Part shown: in pieces, positions 1-8,438 of the stretch
Position numbering within the stretch: the stretch's first letter is position 1
Layout: each line of letters starts with the position of its first letter
Assembly: GCA_030680175.1 (NCBI GenBank)
Contig: JAUXWO010000049.1
Span: 10,873-74,872 of the forward strand
DNA length: 64,000 nt
Source of the DNA: Vicinamibacterales bacterium
GTDB lineage: Bacteria > Acidobacteriota > Vicinamibacteria > Vicinamibacterales > UBA2999
Direction of reading: 5' to 3'
Notes under the pieces: generated by a model
The model's input: the letters and a program-made list of their open reading frames with translations, nothing else
What the model was told of the DNA's origin: nothing
The model's database searches: none
Made by a program: the position numbers and the translations under genes

Positions 1-2592
1 CTGACCGAGACGGTCACCGTCACGGCCGAACTGCCGACGCTGGTCACGACGACCAGCGGCGGCGCCAACTACCGCGCCGAGGAGATCAACGTCCTTGCGA
101 CCGCGCGCACGGTGCAGGGCATCGCGAACCTCGCGCCCGGCCTCACCGACAACACCCCGAACGCCGGGCAGGTGACGATCAGCGGCTCGTTCGCGTTCGA
201 CAACCAGTTCCTGGTGGACGGCGTGGACGTGGCGGACAACCTGTTCGGCACGGCGAACAACCTGTTCATCGAGGACGCGATCGAAGAGGTCCAGGTCCTG
301 ACGTCGGGCATCTCGGCCGAGTTCGGCCGCTTCTCGGGCGGCGTCGTCAACGCCGTGACGAAGAGCGGTGGCAACACCTTCTCGGGCAGCTTCCGCGACA
401 GCATCTACAAGCCCGAGTGGACCGAGGAGACGCCGTTCGAGACCGAGCGCAACCAGACGCGCGAAGGCGATCTGCAGCACGTCTACGAGTGGACGGTCGG
501 CGGGCCGATTCTGCGGGATCGTCTGTGGTTCTTCCACGCCGGCCGCCGGCAGGAGAGCACGACGCCCGCGCCGTTCCCGGATACGGGCATCGACTTCAGC
601 CGCGTGAACGAGAACACCCGTTTCGAGATCAAGGGCACGGCAACGCCCATCCAGAACCAGACGTTCACGGGCACCTACCTGCGTAACACGACATCGCAGA
701 CCCAGCCGACCTTCGGGTTCAGCGTGGACCCGTCCACGGTCGTCAACCGCACGCTGCCGAACGACCTGTGGGTCGGCGCGTGGCGCGGCGTGATCAACAA
801 CCAGCTGTTCGCCACCGCGCAGGTGTCGCGCCGCACGTTCGGCTTCCGCGACAGCGGCGGCACGAGCACGGCGATCATCGACTCGCCGTTCCTGACGCGC
901 GGCGTCACCCCGGGCGTCACCCCGACGCGCCACTACAATGCGCCGTACTTCGACAGCACGGACCCCGAGAACCGGAACAACCGGCAGATCGCGGCGTCGG
1001 TGGCGTACTTCGCGACGACGCCCAGCCTCGGCAGCCACGACATCAAGGTGGGCTACGAGAACTTCCAGACAACGCGGACGGGCGGCAACTCGCAGACGGC
1101 CACCAACTACGTGTTCGCCACCGACTACCTCGTGTCGGGCACGACGATCGTGCTGGACGCCAACCAGAAGCCGATCCCGGTCTTCGCGCCCGGGCTGTCG
1201 CGCATCGAGAACTGGATCGCGACGCGCGGCGCCGAGATCAACATCACCACGCAGTCGTTCTACCTGCACGACCGCTGGGTGGCCAACAACCGCATGACGC
1301 TGGACCTCGGCGTCCGCTACGAGCGCGTCCGCAGCGAAGCGACGGGCGGCATCGTCGGCATCGACACCGATACGATCGCCCCGCGCCTCGGTGCGACGTG
1401 GGATGTGATGGGCGACGGCCGGCAGACCGTGCAGGCGACCTACGCCCGCTACGCCGGCAAGTACAGCGAGACGCAGGCCGCGCGGAACACCAACGTCGGT
1501 GTGCCGAACCTGCTGCTCTACGAGTACACGGGCCCGGCCGGCCAGGGGCTGAACTTCGCCCCCGCGTTCGACCTGAGCAACTACCGCGTCATCGGCGGCA
1601 GCTTCCCGCTCGAGAACATCTTCATGGCCGACGGCCTGTCGTCGGCGGTGAGCGATGAGATCACCGTGTCCTACGGGCGCCAGATCGGCACGCGTGGTGC
1701 GGCGAAGGTGACCTACCAGCGCCGCAGCATGAGCAACTTCATCGAGACCTTCATCAACGACCCGAGTGCGAACGGCAAGGTCACCGTCATTCAGAGCGGC
1801 ATCAACTTCGGCCAGTTCGACAAGACGCTGAACGACAACACGAGCGACCTGAAGCGCGACTACCAGGCCGTCATCCTCCAGAGCAACTACCGCCTGACCA
1901 ACCAGTGGTCGGTGAACGCGCACTGGACGCTGCAGCTCGAGAACGACGGCACCATCGAGGGTGAGGGCACGAACACGCCTGGTGCCGCGTCGATCTTCGG
2001 GACGTACCCCGAGATCTACACGGCCGGCTACGCCCGCAACATCCCGGATGGCCGTCTCGACGACTTCCAGCAGCACAAGGTGCGCGCGTGGACGACCTAC
2101 GCGTGGGACTTCGGCCGCTTCGGTTCCGCGGACACGTCGCTCCTGTGGCGCTACAACTCGGCGGCGACCTTCAGCCTGGTGGCCACGGTGCCGACCTCGG
2201 CGATTCAGCGTGCGCGCAACCCCGGGTACGCGCGTCCGCCCCAGTCGCAGCCCCTCTTCTTCGACGAGCGCGGCTCGGAGGAGTACGAGCCGTCGAGCCT
2301 GTTCGACCTGTCCGTGACCTACCAGGTGCCGGTGTTCCGGACCCTGCGGCCGTGGATCAAGCTCGACCTGTTCAACGCGTTCAACGACCAGAGCCTCGTG
2401 CGGTTCAACACGGCGATCACGGCCAACAACGCCGGCCCGGTTGACGCCGACGGACTGCCCCTCGACTTCAACCGGGGTGCCAGCTTCGGGAAGGCGACGG
2501 CGATCAGCCACTTCCCGCAGACGGCGGCAACGGCGTCAGGCGATGCGCTCTACGCGCGCACGTTCATGGTGTCGTTCGGCCTGCGCTTCTAA
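1..2592 (+). CDS. TonB-dependent receptor-like outer-membrane beta-barrel protein (5' end outside window)
   Basis: The frame is open from base 1 (LTETVTVTAELPTLV...) into the 112..2592 ORF. It has a plug-like motif FIEDAIEEVQVLTSGISAEFGRFSGGVVNAVTKSGGN and an Asn/Thr/Tyr-rich strand-like composition. The C-terminus ...FMVSFGLRF ends in Phe, as in OM barrels. Confidence 0.8.
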   Translation: MTETVTVTAELPTLVTTTSGGANYRAEEINVLATARTVQGIANLAPGLTDNTPNAGQVTISGSFAFDNQFLVDGVDVADNLFGTANNLFIEDAIEEVQVLTSGISAEFGRFSGGVVNAVTKSGGNTFSGSFRDSIYKPEWTEETPFETERNQTREGDLQHVYEWTVGGPILRDRLWFFHAGRRQESTTPAPFPDTGIDFSRVNENTRFEIKGTATPIQNQTFTGTYLRNTTSQTQPTFGFSVDPSTVVNRTLPNDLWVGAWRGVINNQLFATAQVSRRTFGFRDSGGTSTAIIDSPFLTRGVTPGVTPTRHYNAPYFDSTDPENRNNRQIAASVAYFATTPSLGSHDIKVGYENFQTTRTGGNSQTATNYVFATDYLVSGTTIVLDANQKPIPVFAPGLSRIENWIATRGAEINITTQSFYLHDRWVANNRMTLDLGVRYERVRSEATGGIVGIDTDTIAPRLGATWDVMGDGRQTVQATYARYAGKYSETQAARNTNVGVPNLLLYEYTGPAGQGLNFAPAFDLSNYRVIGGSFPLENIFMADGLSSAVSDEITVSYGRQIGTRGAAKVTYQRRSMSNFIETFINDPSANGKVTVIQSGINFGQFDKTLNDNTSDLKRDYQAVILQSNYRLTNQWSVNAHWTLQLENDGTIEGEGTNTPGAASIFGTYPEIYTAGYARNIPDGRLDDFQQHKVRAWTTYAWDFGRFGSADTSLLWRYNSAATFSLVATVPTSAIQRARNPGYARPPQSQPLFFDERGSEEYEPSSLFDLSVTYQVPVFRTLRPWIKLDLFNAFNDQSLVRFNTAITANNAGPVDADGLPLDFNRGASFGKATAISHFPQTAATASGDALYARTFMVSFGLRF

Positions 2593-2620
2593 ACGCCGGC
2601 TCGACGACGACGCTCAAAAC

Positions 2621-2658
2621 GGGGCGGTGGCCTTCGGGCCGCCGCCCCGTTTTTCTTT
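2621..2658 (+). terminator. Rho-independent terminator after the receptor gene
   Basis: GGGGCGGTGGCC-TTCG-GGCCGCCGCCCC forms a 12-bp stem with one G.T pair, followed by G TTTTT C TTT. Confidence 0.8.
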
Positions 2659-2660
2659 GC

Positions 2661-2736
2661 GGACCTACCGGACCTACCGGACCTACCGGACCTGTCCGGA
2701 CCTGTCCGGACCCGTCCGGACCTATCGGACCCGTCC
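2661..2736. repeat. Tandem 9-10 bp repeat array, 8 units (GGACCTACC x3, GGACCTGTCC x2, GGACCCGTCC, GGACCTATC, GGACCCGTCC)
   Basis: Read directly from the sequence. It lies between the terminator and the -10 box of the next gene. Confidence 0.95.
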
Positions 2737-2745
2737 TGCTATAAT
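2737..2745 (+). promoter_or_regulatory. Extended -10 promoter element TGcTATAAT
   Basis: TG at 2737-2738 and TATAAT at 2740-2745. Only 7 nt (CCCCCTC) separate it from the GTG at 2753, and no Shine-Dalgarno sequence is present. Confidence 0.45.
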
Positions 2746-2752
2746 CCCCCTC

Positions 2753-3610
2753 GTGTCAGACCCGCAGCGCGTCCGCCAGCCATCCGCCGAGGAGCTGACC
2801 GGCGCCGAGCGCGATGCCCGGATCGAGCAGTTGCTGCTCGCGGGGCTCGACCGCTACTTCGCGGCCGACTACGACCAGGCCATCAACCTCTGGACGCGCG
2901 TCCTCTTCCTCGATCGCGCCCACGACCGCGCCCGCGCCTACATCGAGCGCGCCCGCAGCGCCCAGGCCGAGCGACAGCGTGAATCGGAAGTCCTGCTCCA
3001 CGAAGGCCTCGAGGCGTTCGATCAGGGCGATGTCCAGCGCGCGCGCGATCTCGTCAGCACCGCGCTCGACCGCGGCGCGCCCGACGATGCCGCGCTTGGG
3101 GTGCTGAGCCGGCTGAACCGACTCGACCGGCGGTCCGAGGCGCGGCCCCGCGGATCGAGCGTCCCGGTGGAACTGGAGATCGAGGAGCGAGCCGGCCCCG
3201 CGCGGCGGATGCCTGACGCGCGCCATCGCCCCGCGCGCGGGTGGTGGCCGTTTGTCGTGGCGGTGGTCGTCCTGCTGTCGGTGGGCGCCGGGTGGGTGGT
3301 GTCGGAGCAGCCCCCGAGTCCATGGAGCACCTGGCTGGCCGCGCCCGCGGCCCGCGCACCGGTCACCGTACCGGTGACCGCCCGCCCGCTCGACGTGCCG
3401 GTCTCGTCGGAGGCGTACCTCGCCCGCGCGCGCATGCTGACGCAGGCGGGGCGCCCACGCGACGCGCTGCGGGAACTCGATCGCATCGGCGTGGCCGATG
3501 TGTTGCGGCCGCAGGCCGACCGGCTGCGCGGCGAGCTGCAGCGCACGTTGCTCGATCTCGCGCGTCTGCCGATTGACTCCGCGGTGACGGGCGCGCCGCC
3601 AGTCGAATGA
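2753..3610 (+). CDS. TPR-like single-pass membrane protein, function unknown
   Basis: An in-frame GTG follows the repeat array. The helical-repeat N-terminus reads YFAADYDQAINLWTRVLFLDRAHDRARAYIERA. A TM segment WWPFVVAVVVLLSVGAGWVV is present. The stop overlaps the next start (ATGA). Confidence 0.55.
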   Translation: MSDPQRVRQPSAEELTGAERDARIEQLLLAGLDRYFAADYDQAINLWTRVLFLDRAHDRARAYIERARSAQAERQRESEVLLHEGLEAFDQGDVQRARDLVSTALDRGAPDDAALGVLSRLNRLDRRSEARPRGSSVPVELEIEERAGPARRMPDARHRPARGWWPFVVAVVVLLSVGAGWVVSEQPPSPWSTWLAAPAARAPVTVPVTARPLDVPVSSEAYLARARMLTQAGRPRDALRELDRIGVADVLRPQADRLRGELQRTLLDLARLPIDSAVTGAPPVE

Positions 3611-4545
3611 AGTGTCCGAAGTGCGGCTACCTGGGCTTCGAGACCGGGGCGCGGTGCCGCCATTGCGGCTACGACTTCTCGCTCTCGGCCCCGGCGGACG
3701 TCGAACTGCCGCTCCGCGCCGGCGACACGTCGGCGGCGCCCCTGGCGGACCTCGACCTGACGGATCTCGACCGCGATGAGTTCCGCCTCCCGAGCGGGGG
3801 CCTCGACCTCGAGCGCCTGATCGGCGCCGAGCCGCCGTCCCCGCCGCCGCCGAGGCTCGCCCCCACGGCGGAGCCCGTGGACCGGCTGCCGCTGTTCGGA
3901 TCCGCCGAGCTCGACGACACGCCGCTCATCCAGGCCGCGGGTCCGCCGCGGCCGCCGCTGTCGGTCCGTCGCGCCTCGCCCGAGGTGCCGCGCACCCGCG
4001 TGCGCACGACGCGGACGTTCAAGCGCGAGGAACCGTCCCTCGGCTTCGAACCCGAGGCCGACGCGGGCGCTGAGGCCTCGAGCGCGGTGCGGCCATCGGT
4101 CTATGTGCGCCCGGGCGTGCCGGCCGAGGAGGTGGACGCCGCCACCGGGACGGCGCGCCTGATGGCGGGGGCGATCGATCTGGTCCTGCTCGCCGCGATT
4201 GACGCCGGCGTGATCTACCTGACCCTGCAGATTGCCGGCCTGGGCGCGGACGACTTCGATGTGGTGCCGCTCGGGCCGCTCGTGGCGTTTCTCGCGATGC
4301 TGAACGGCGGCTATCTCGTCGCGTTGACGGCGGCCTCGGGCCAGACGATCGGGAAGATGGCCGCGGGCATTCGCGTGGTGAGCGACGGCCGCGGGCCGCT
4401 CGACAGCGGCCGCGCCTTGCTGCGCGCGGCGGCGAGTGTCCTGTCACTGGCGACGCTCGGCGCCGGATTTCTCCCGGCGCTGCTCAAACCAGGCGGCCGC
4501 ACACTCCACGATCGTGTGGCCGGCACGCGGGTCACTCGAGACTAG
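3607..4545 (+). CDS. Zinc-ribbon plus RDD-family membrane protein
   Basis: The N-terminus MKCPKCGYLGFETGARCRHCGY carries two CxxC pairs. The C-terminus is RDD-like (RLMAGAIDLVLLAAID...GQTIGKMAAGIRVV...LHDRVAGTRV). Confidence 0.75.
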   Translation: MKCPKCGYLGFETGARCRHCGYDFSLSAPADVELPLRAGDTSAAPLADLDLTDLDRDEFRLPSGGLDLERLIGAEPPSPPPPRLAPTAEPVDRLPLFGSAELDDTPLIQAAGPPRPPLSVRRASPEVPRTRVRTTRTFKREEPSLGFEPEADAGAEASSAVRPSVYVRPGVPAEEVDAATGTARLMAGAIDLVLLAAIDAGVIYLTLQIAGLGADDFDVVPLGPLVAFLAMLNGGYLVALTAASGQTIGKMAAGIRVVSDGRGPLDSGRALLRAAASVLSLATLGAGFLPALLKPGGRTLHDRVAGTRVTRD

Positions 4546-4870
4546 TGGAGTGTCTGGTCGATATCGAAAGGGGCCGTTCCGTAGGAACGGCCCGGAATCC
4601 CTGTCCGATCGGCAGTTCGGACTGGGAACAAATGGTCGATACACTCCACTAGTGGGGTGTGGTTGACGTTCTACTACCGGGCCGCCCGTTGGGCGGCCCG
4701 CAGGGGCGCGGCTGAGCAGAGGCGCTGGTAGTACCTCTTCAGTCGACACACTCCACTAGTGGGGTGTGGTTGACGATCTACTACCGGGCCGCCCGTTGGG
4801 CGGCCCGCGGACTCGCGGTTGAGCAGAGGTGCTGGTCGTACCTCTGCCGTCGATACACTCCACTCGCGTA
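4534..4870. repeat. 107-bp periodic array of palindrome-bounded structured units (3 units plus a partial fourth)
   Basis: The palindrome ACACTCCACTAGTGG(A/G)GTGT occurs at 4641-4660 and 4748-4767, with half-copies at 4541-4553 and 4855-4864. Units 4661-4747 and 4768-4854 differ at 11 of 87 positions. Every unit carries a GC hairpin: GGGCCGTTCC-GTA-GGAACGGCCC in unit 1 and GGGCCGCCC-GTT-GGGCGGCCC in units 2 and 3. Confidence 0.9.
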
Positions 4871-4886
4871 GGGGCCGGGGAGACGG

Positions 4887-5354
4887 ATGCGGAATCGGGT
4901 GGGACTCATCATCGCCACGGCGGGCGGCAGCGGGTACTTCCCGATTGCGCCGGGCACCATCGGCAGCGCCGTCGGCGTGCTCGTCTTTCTCGCCGTGCGC
5001 GCGGCGGGTGCGTGGTGGTTCGAGGCCGCGGCGCTTGTCACGACGCTGGTCGTGGGGGCGTGGGCGTCGACCGTGGCCGAGGAGGCGCTCGAGCGCAAAG
5101 ACCCCGGCCCGGTGGTCATCGACGAAGTGCTCGGGATGCTGGCCACGATGATCTTCGTGCCGCTCAGCGTCGCGACGGTGGCCGCCGGCTTCCTGCTGTT
5201 CCGCGTCTTCGACGTCCTGAAGCCGTTTCCCGCCAATCGCCTCGAGCGCGTCCCGCGCGGCTGGGGCATCATGCTCGACGACCTGGCCGCGGGCGTCTAC
5301 GCGAACCTCGTGCTGCAGGCGCTCGTCTGGTTCAGGCCCGGCGGGTTCGCATGA
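4887..5354 (+). CDS. pgpA: Phosphatidylglycerophosphatase A
   Basis: Motifs GSGYFPIAPGTIGS, DPGPVVIDEVLGM and FRVFDVLKPFP...GWGIMLDDLAAG. GGGGAG lies upstream of the ATG. Confidence 0.85.
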   Translation: MRNRVGLIIATAGGSGYFPIAPGTIGSAVGVLVFLAVRAAGAWWFEAAALVTTLVVGAWASTVAEEALERKDPGPVVIDEVLGMLATMIFVPLSVATVAAGFLLFRVFDVLKPFPANRLERVPRGWGIMLDDLAAGVYANLVLQALVWFRPGGFA

Positions 5355-6652
5355 GCCTGCCCGCGCGCACGGCCGCGATCATCGCCGTGGGCAGTGAGCT
5401 GCTCACCGCGTCGCGCACCGATACGAACTCGCTGCAGATCACCGGCGCGCTCAACGCCGCCGGCATCGAGGTCGCCTTCAAGGCCATCGTCGGCGACGAT
5501 CGCGATGAGCTGGGGGCGATGTGCCGTCAGGCGATGGCTCGTGTGCCGCTGGTGATCTTCACCGGGGGACTCGGGCCGACCGACGACGACCTCACGCGGG
5601 AAGTGGTGGCGGAGGTGCTCGGCCTCGCGCTGCACGAGGATGCCGCGGTGATGGCGGCGATCCGCGCGCGGTTCGAGGCGCGCGGCCTGCGCATGCCCGA
5701 GGCCAACCGGCGCCAGGCGGCGGTGCCCGCCGGGGCGCACGTGCTGGCGAACCCGAACGGGACCGCCCCGGGCCTGTGGATTTCGGCCGGTGACCATGGC
5801 CTGCTGCTGATGCCGGGCCCGCCGCGTGAGATGCGTCCCATGCTGGCCCACGCGATGGAGGCGTGGGTCACGCCCCGTTGGGGCGGGCAGCGGCTCCGTC
5901 GACGCGAACTGCGGATCGCGGGGCGGACGGAGTCGCGGGTCGAGGAGATCGCCCAGCCGCTGTACTCGACGTGGGTGTCGTCGCCGCTGCCCATCGAGAC
6001 CACCATCCTCGCCGGACCCGGGGTGATCGAACTCCATCTCTCCGTGCGGTCGCCCGATGAGGCGGCGGCGGATCAGGTGTTGGCGGACGCCGTGGCCGCG
6101 CTCAGCGCGCGCTTTCCGGATGATCTGGTGAGCGACGATGGGCGGTCGCTCGAGCAGGTGGTGGGCGACGACCTTCGGGCGCGAGGCTATCGGATCGCGT
6201 TCGCCGAGTCGTGTACGGGCGGACTGGCGACGTCACGCCTGACGGATGTGCCCGGCAGTTCGGCGTATCTCGATCGCAGTGTGGTCGCGTACAGCAACGA
6301 GTCCAAGATCGACCTGTTGGGCGTGGGGGAGGACCTGCTGCGCGCGCACGGCGCCGTGAGCGAGCCGGTCGCGGCCGCGATGGCCGAGGGGGTGCGCGCG
6401 CGGGCGGGCGTCGAGATTGCCGTCGGCATCACGGGCATTGCCGGACCCGGGGGCGGCACGCCGGAGAAGCCGGTGGGGACGGTGGCGATCGCCGTGGCGG
6501 GTCCTGCGGGGACGGTGGTGCGGACGTGCCGCTTCGTGGGGGGGCGCGGGCTGATCAAGACGTTTGCCGCGGGCACCGCGATCGACATGGTGCGGCGCTA
6601 CCTGCGGGGCGCAGCGCCGGACCTCGACTGGGCGGCGCGCCCGTCGAAGTGA
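5351..6652 (+). CDS. cinA: CinA-family protein (MoCF-binding domain plus nicotinamide-nucleotide amidase domain)
   Basis: The ATG overlaps the pgpA stop (ATGA). N-terminus: AAIIAVGSELLTASRTDTNS...FTGGLGPTDDDLT. C-terminus: IAFAESCTGGL...GITGIAGPGGGTPEKPVGTV. Confidence 0.85.
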   Translation: MSLPARTAAIIAVGSELLTASRTDTNSLQITGALNAAGIEVAFKAIVGDDRDELGAMCRQAMARVPLVIFTGGLGPTDDDLTREVVAEVLGLALHEDAAVMAAIRARFEARGLRMPEANRRQAAVPAGAHVLANPNGTAPGLWISAGDHGLLLMPGPPREMRPMLAHAMEAWVTPRWGGQRLRRRELRIAGRTESRVEEIAQPLYSTWVSSPLPIETTILAGPGVIELHLSVRSPDEAAADQVLADAVAALSARFPDDLVSDDGRSLEQVVGDDLRARGYRIAFAESCTGGLATSRLTDVPGSSAYLDRSVVAYSNESKIDLLGVGEDLLRAHGAVSEPVAAAMAEGVRARAGVEIAVGITGIAGPGGGTPEKPVGTVAIAVAGPAGTVVRTCRFVGGRGLIKTFAAGTAIDMVRRYLRGAAPDLDWAARPSK

Positions 6653-6707
6653 GCGGGGCAGGGCGCGTATACTCAGCATGAGGGGCGCGTGGCGCCGCGC
6701 CTGAGCC

Positions 6708-7322
6708 GTGATGGAAACCCTGACCCCGATACTTGCCGGTTACCTCATCGGAGCGCTCCCGATCGGGTTCGTCCTGACGCAGTGGTTGCGCGGGGTGGAC
6801 CTGCGTCGCTCGGGCAGCGGCAACCCGGGGGCGACCAACGCGTATCGCACGGCGGGCCTGGCCGCCGCACTGCTGGTCATGGGCGCCGATCTGGCCAAGG
6901 GGGCGGGCACCGTGATGCTGGCCGCGCGCCTGACGGATGGGGCCGTGGCGCCCGTGGCAGCGGGCGTGGCCGCGATCGTCGGCCATGTCTACCCGGTCTG
7001 GTTGCGCTTCCGCGGCGGGAAGGGCGTGGCGACGGCGGCCGGCGTCTTCGTCGTGCTGACGCCGCTCGCGTGCGCGATGGCGGCGGCGGTGTTCGTGACG
7101 ACCGTCTGGATCACCCGCTACGTCTCGCTCGGGTCGGTGGTGGCGACGGCGGCGCTGCCGCCGCTGGCCCTCGTCACCGGGGCCCCCGTGGCCGTCGTCG
7201 CCGGCGGCGTCGTGGCGGCCGTCGTGATCATCGTGCGTCACCGCGCGAACCTGGCGCGGCTGCAGGCCGGAACGGAACGCAGGCTGGGGGAGCGCGGCAG
7301 AAGCACCGCACACGCGCCGTGA
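6708..7322 (+). CDS. plsY: Glycerol-3-phosphate acyltransferase PlsY
   Basis: LAGYLIGALPIGFVL...RRSGSGNPGATNAYR...GHVYPVWLRFRGGKGVATAAG. Confidence 0.9.
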   Translation: MMETLTPILAGYLIGALPIGFVLTQWLRGVDLRRSGSGNPGATNAYRTAGLAAALLVMGADLAKGAGTVMLAARLTDGAVAPVAAGVAAIVGHVYPVWLRFRGGKGVATAAGVFVVLTPLACAMAAAVFVTTVWITRYVSLGSVVATAALPPLALVTGAPVAVVAGGVVAAVVIIVRHRANLARLQAGTERRLGERGRSTAHAP

Positions 7323-7334
7323 GGAGGGAGCCTT

Positions 7335-7410
7335 CGGCTGTTGGCTTTCGGCGATCGGCTTTCAGCTTTCGGCTTTCGGCACCCCGGCACTCCGGCACCC
7401 CGGCACCTTT
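7335..7410. repeat. Tandem 7-9 bp repeat array (GGCTTTC-type heptamers followed by CGGCACYCC-type units)
   Basis: Read directly: ggctgtt ggctttc ggcgatc ggctttcagctttc ggctttc ggcacccc ggcactcc ggcacccc ggcaccttTG. It fills the plsY-gpsA spacer up to the TTG start. Confidence 0.9.
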
Positions 7411-8428
7411 GAAGGAGCTTCCCATCCGTACCGCGACCGTTCTTGGAGCAGGCAGTTGGGGCACGGCGCTCGCCGTGCACCTGGCGCAGGTCGGCCATGA
7501 CGTGCGGCTGTGGGGGCGCGACGAGGCGTTTGTCGCGGACCTGTCACGGCGGCGCGCCAACGCCGTCTACCTTCCCGACATCACCTTCCCCGCCTCGCTG
7601 ACCCCCACCGCGTCGCTCCCCGACGCGCTCGCGGGCGTCGACCTCGTGGTCGTGGCCGTGCCGTCGCACGGGTTGCGCCAGGTCCTGCGGCAAGGGCGGG
7701 CGCACGTCTCGCGCACGGCGGTGGTGGTGAGCGCGACGAAGGGCCTCGAGGAGGGAACGCTGCTGCGCATGAGCGAGGTCATCGCCAGCGAGTGGCCCCT
7801 GGGGCGGGCGATTGCGGCCTTGTCGGGGCCGAGCTTCGCCGTCGAGCTCGCGCGCCAGCTGCCCACGGCCGTGGTCGTCGCCTCGGCCGACGTCGCGGCG
7901 GTCGAGCATGTGCAGGAGGAGTTTCGCTCGACGGCGCTCCGGCTGTATGGCAGCCGCGATCTGGTCGGCGTGGAGATTGGCGGCGCACTGAAGAACGTCA
8001 TCGCGATCGCGGCGGGCGTGGCCGAGGGCCTCGGCCTCGGGCACAACGCCATCGCCGCGCTGATCACGCGCGGGCTCGCGGAGATCTCGCGGCTCGCCGT
8101 CGGCCTGGGCGCGGAGCGCGACACGCTGGCGGGGCTCGCCGGGCTTGGCGATCTCGTGCTCACCTGCACCGGACAGCTCAGTCGCAACCGCCATGTGGGG
8201 GCGGAGCTGGCGCGCGGCCGGTCGCTTGCCGACATTCTTGCGAGCACCAAGATGGTGGCCGAGGGCGTCCGTACGACGAGCGCCGCCCTCGCGCTCGCCG
8301 AGCGCACCGGCCTCGAGTTGCCGATTGCGACGCAGATGGCCGCGGTTCTCGACGGGCGGAAGGATCCCACCGCGGCGCTGCTGGACCTGATGGGCCGGCG
8401 GCAGCGCGCCGAAGCCGAGACGCGATAG
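7409..8428 (+). CDS. gpsA: NAD(P)H-dependent glycerol-3-phosphate dehydrogenase
   Basis: TATVLGAGSWGTALAVHLA... plus a conserved C-terminal half (GALKNVIAIAAG, TCTGQLSRNRHVG). The TTG at 7409 is the only standard in-frame start close to the Rossmann motif, so the start is uncertain. Confidence 0.85.
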   Translation: MKELPIRTATVLGAGSWGTALAVHLAQVGHDVRLWGRDEAFVADLSRRRANAVYLPDITFPASLTPTASLPDALAGVDLVVVAVPSHGLRQVLRQGRAHVSRTAVVVSATKGLEEGTLLRMSEVIASEWPLGRAIAALSGPSFAVELARQLPTAVVVASADVAAVEHVQEEFRSTALRLYGSRDLVGVEIGGALKNVIAIAAGVAEGLGLGHNAIAALITRGLAEISRLAVGLGAERDTLAGLAGLGDLVLTCTGQLSRNRHVGAELARGRSLADILASTKMVAEGVRTTSAALALAERTGLELPIATQMAAVLDGRKDPTAALLDLMGRRQRAEAETR

Positions 8429-8438
8429 GATCGATCGG

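Noticed and set aside
2441-2752. N-terminal extension of the 2441..3610 ORF through the terminator and repeat array (…TYRTYRTYRT…)
   Set aside because: It overlaps the receptor gene 3' end, a strong terminator and a tandem repeat. A TGcTATAAT box and an in-frame GTG at 2753 give a far more plausible start.
4534-4870. Possible CRISPR array, because palindromic repeats recur at regular spacing
   Set aside because: The repeat is only 20 bp and the period is 107 bp. The 87-bp 'spacers' of units 2 and 3 are about 87% identical to each other and strongly self-structured. No cas genes or leader are in the window. I also looked for integron attC core sites (GTTRRRY) and did not find them.
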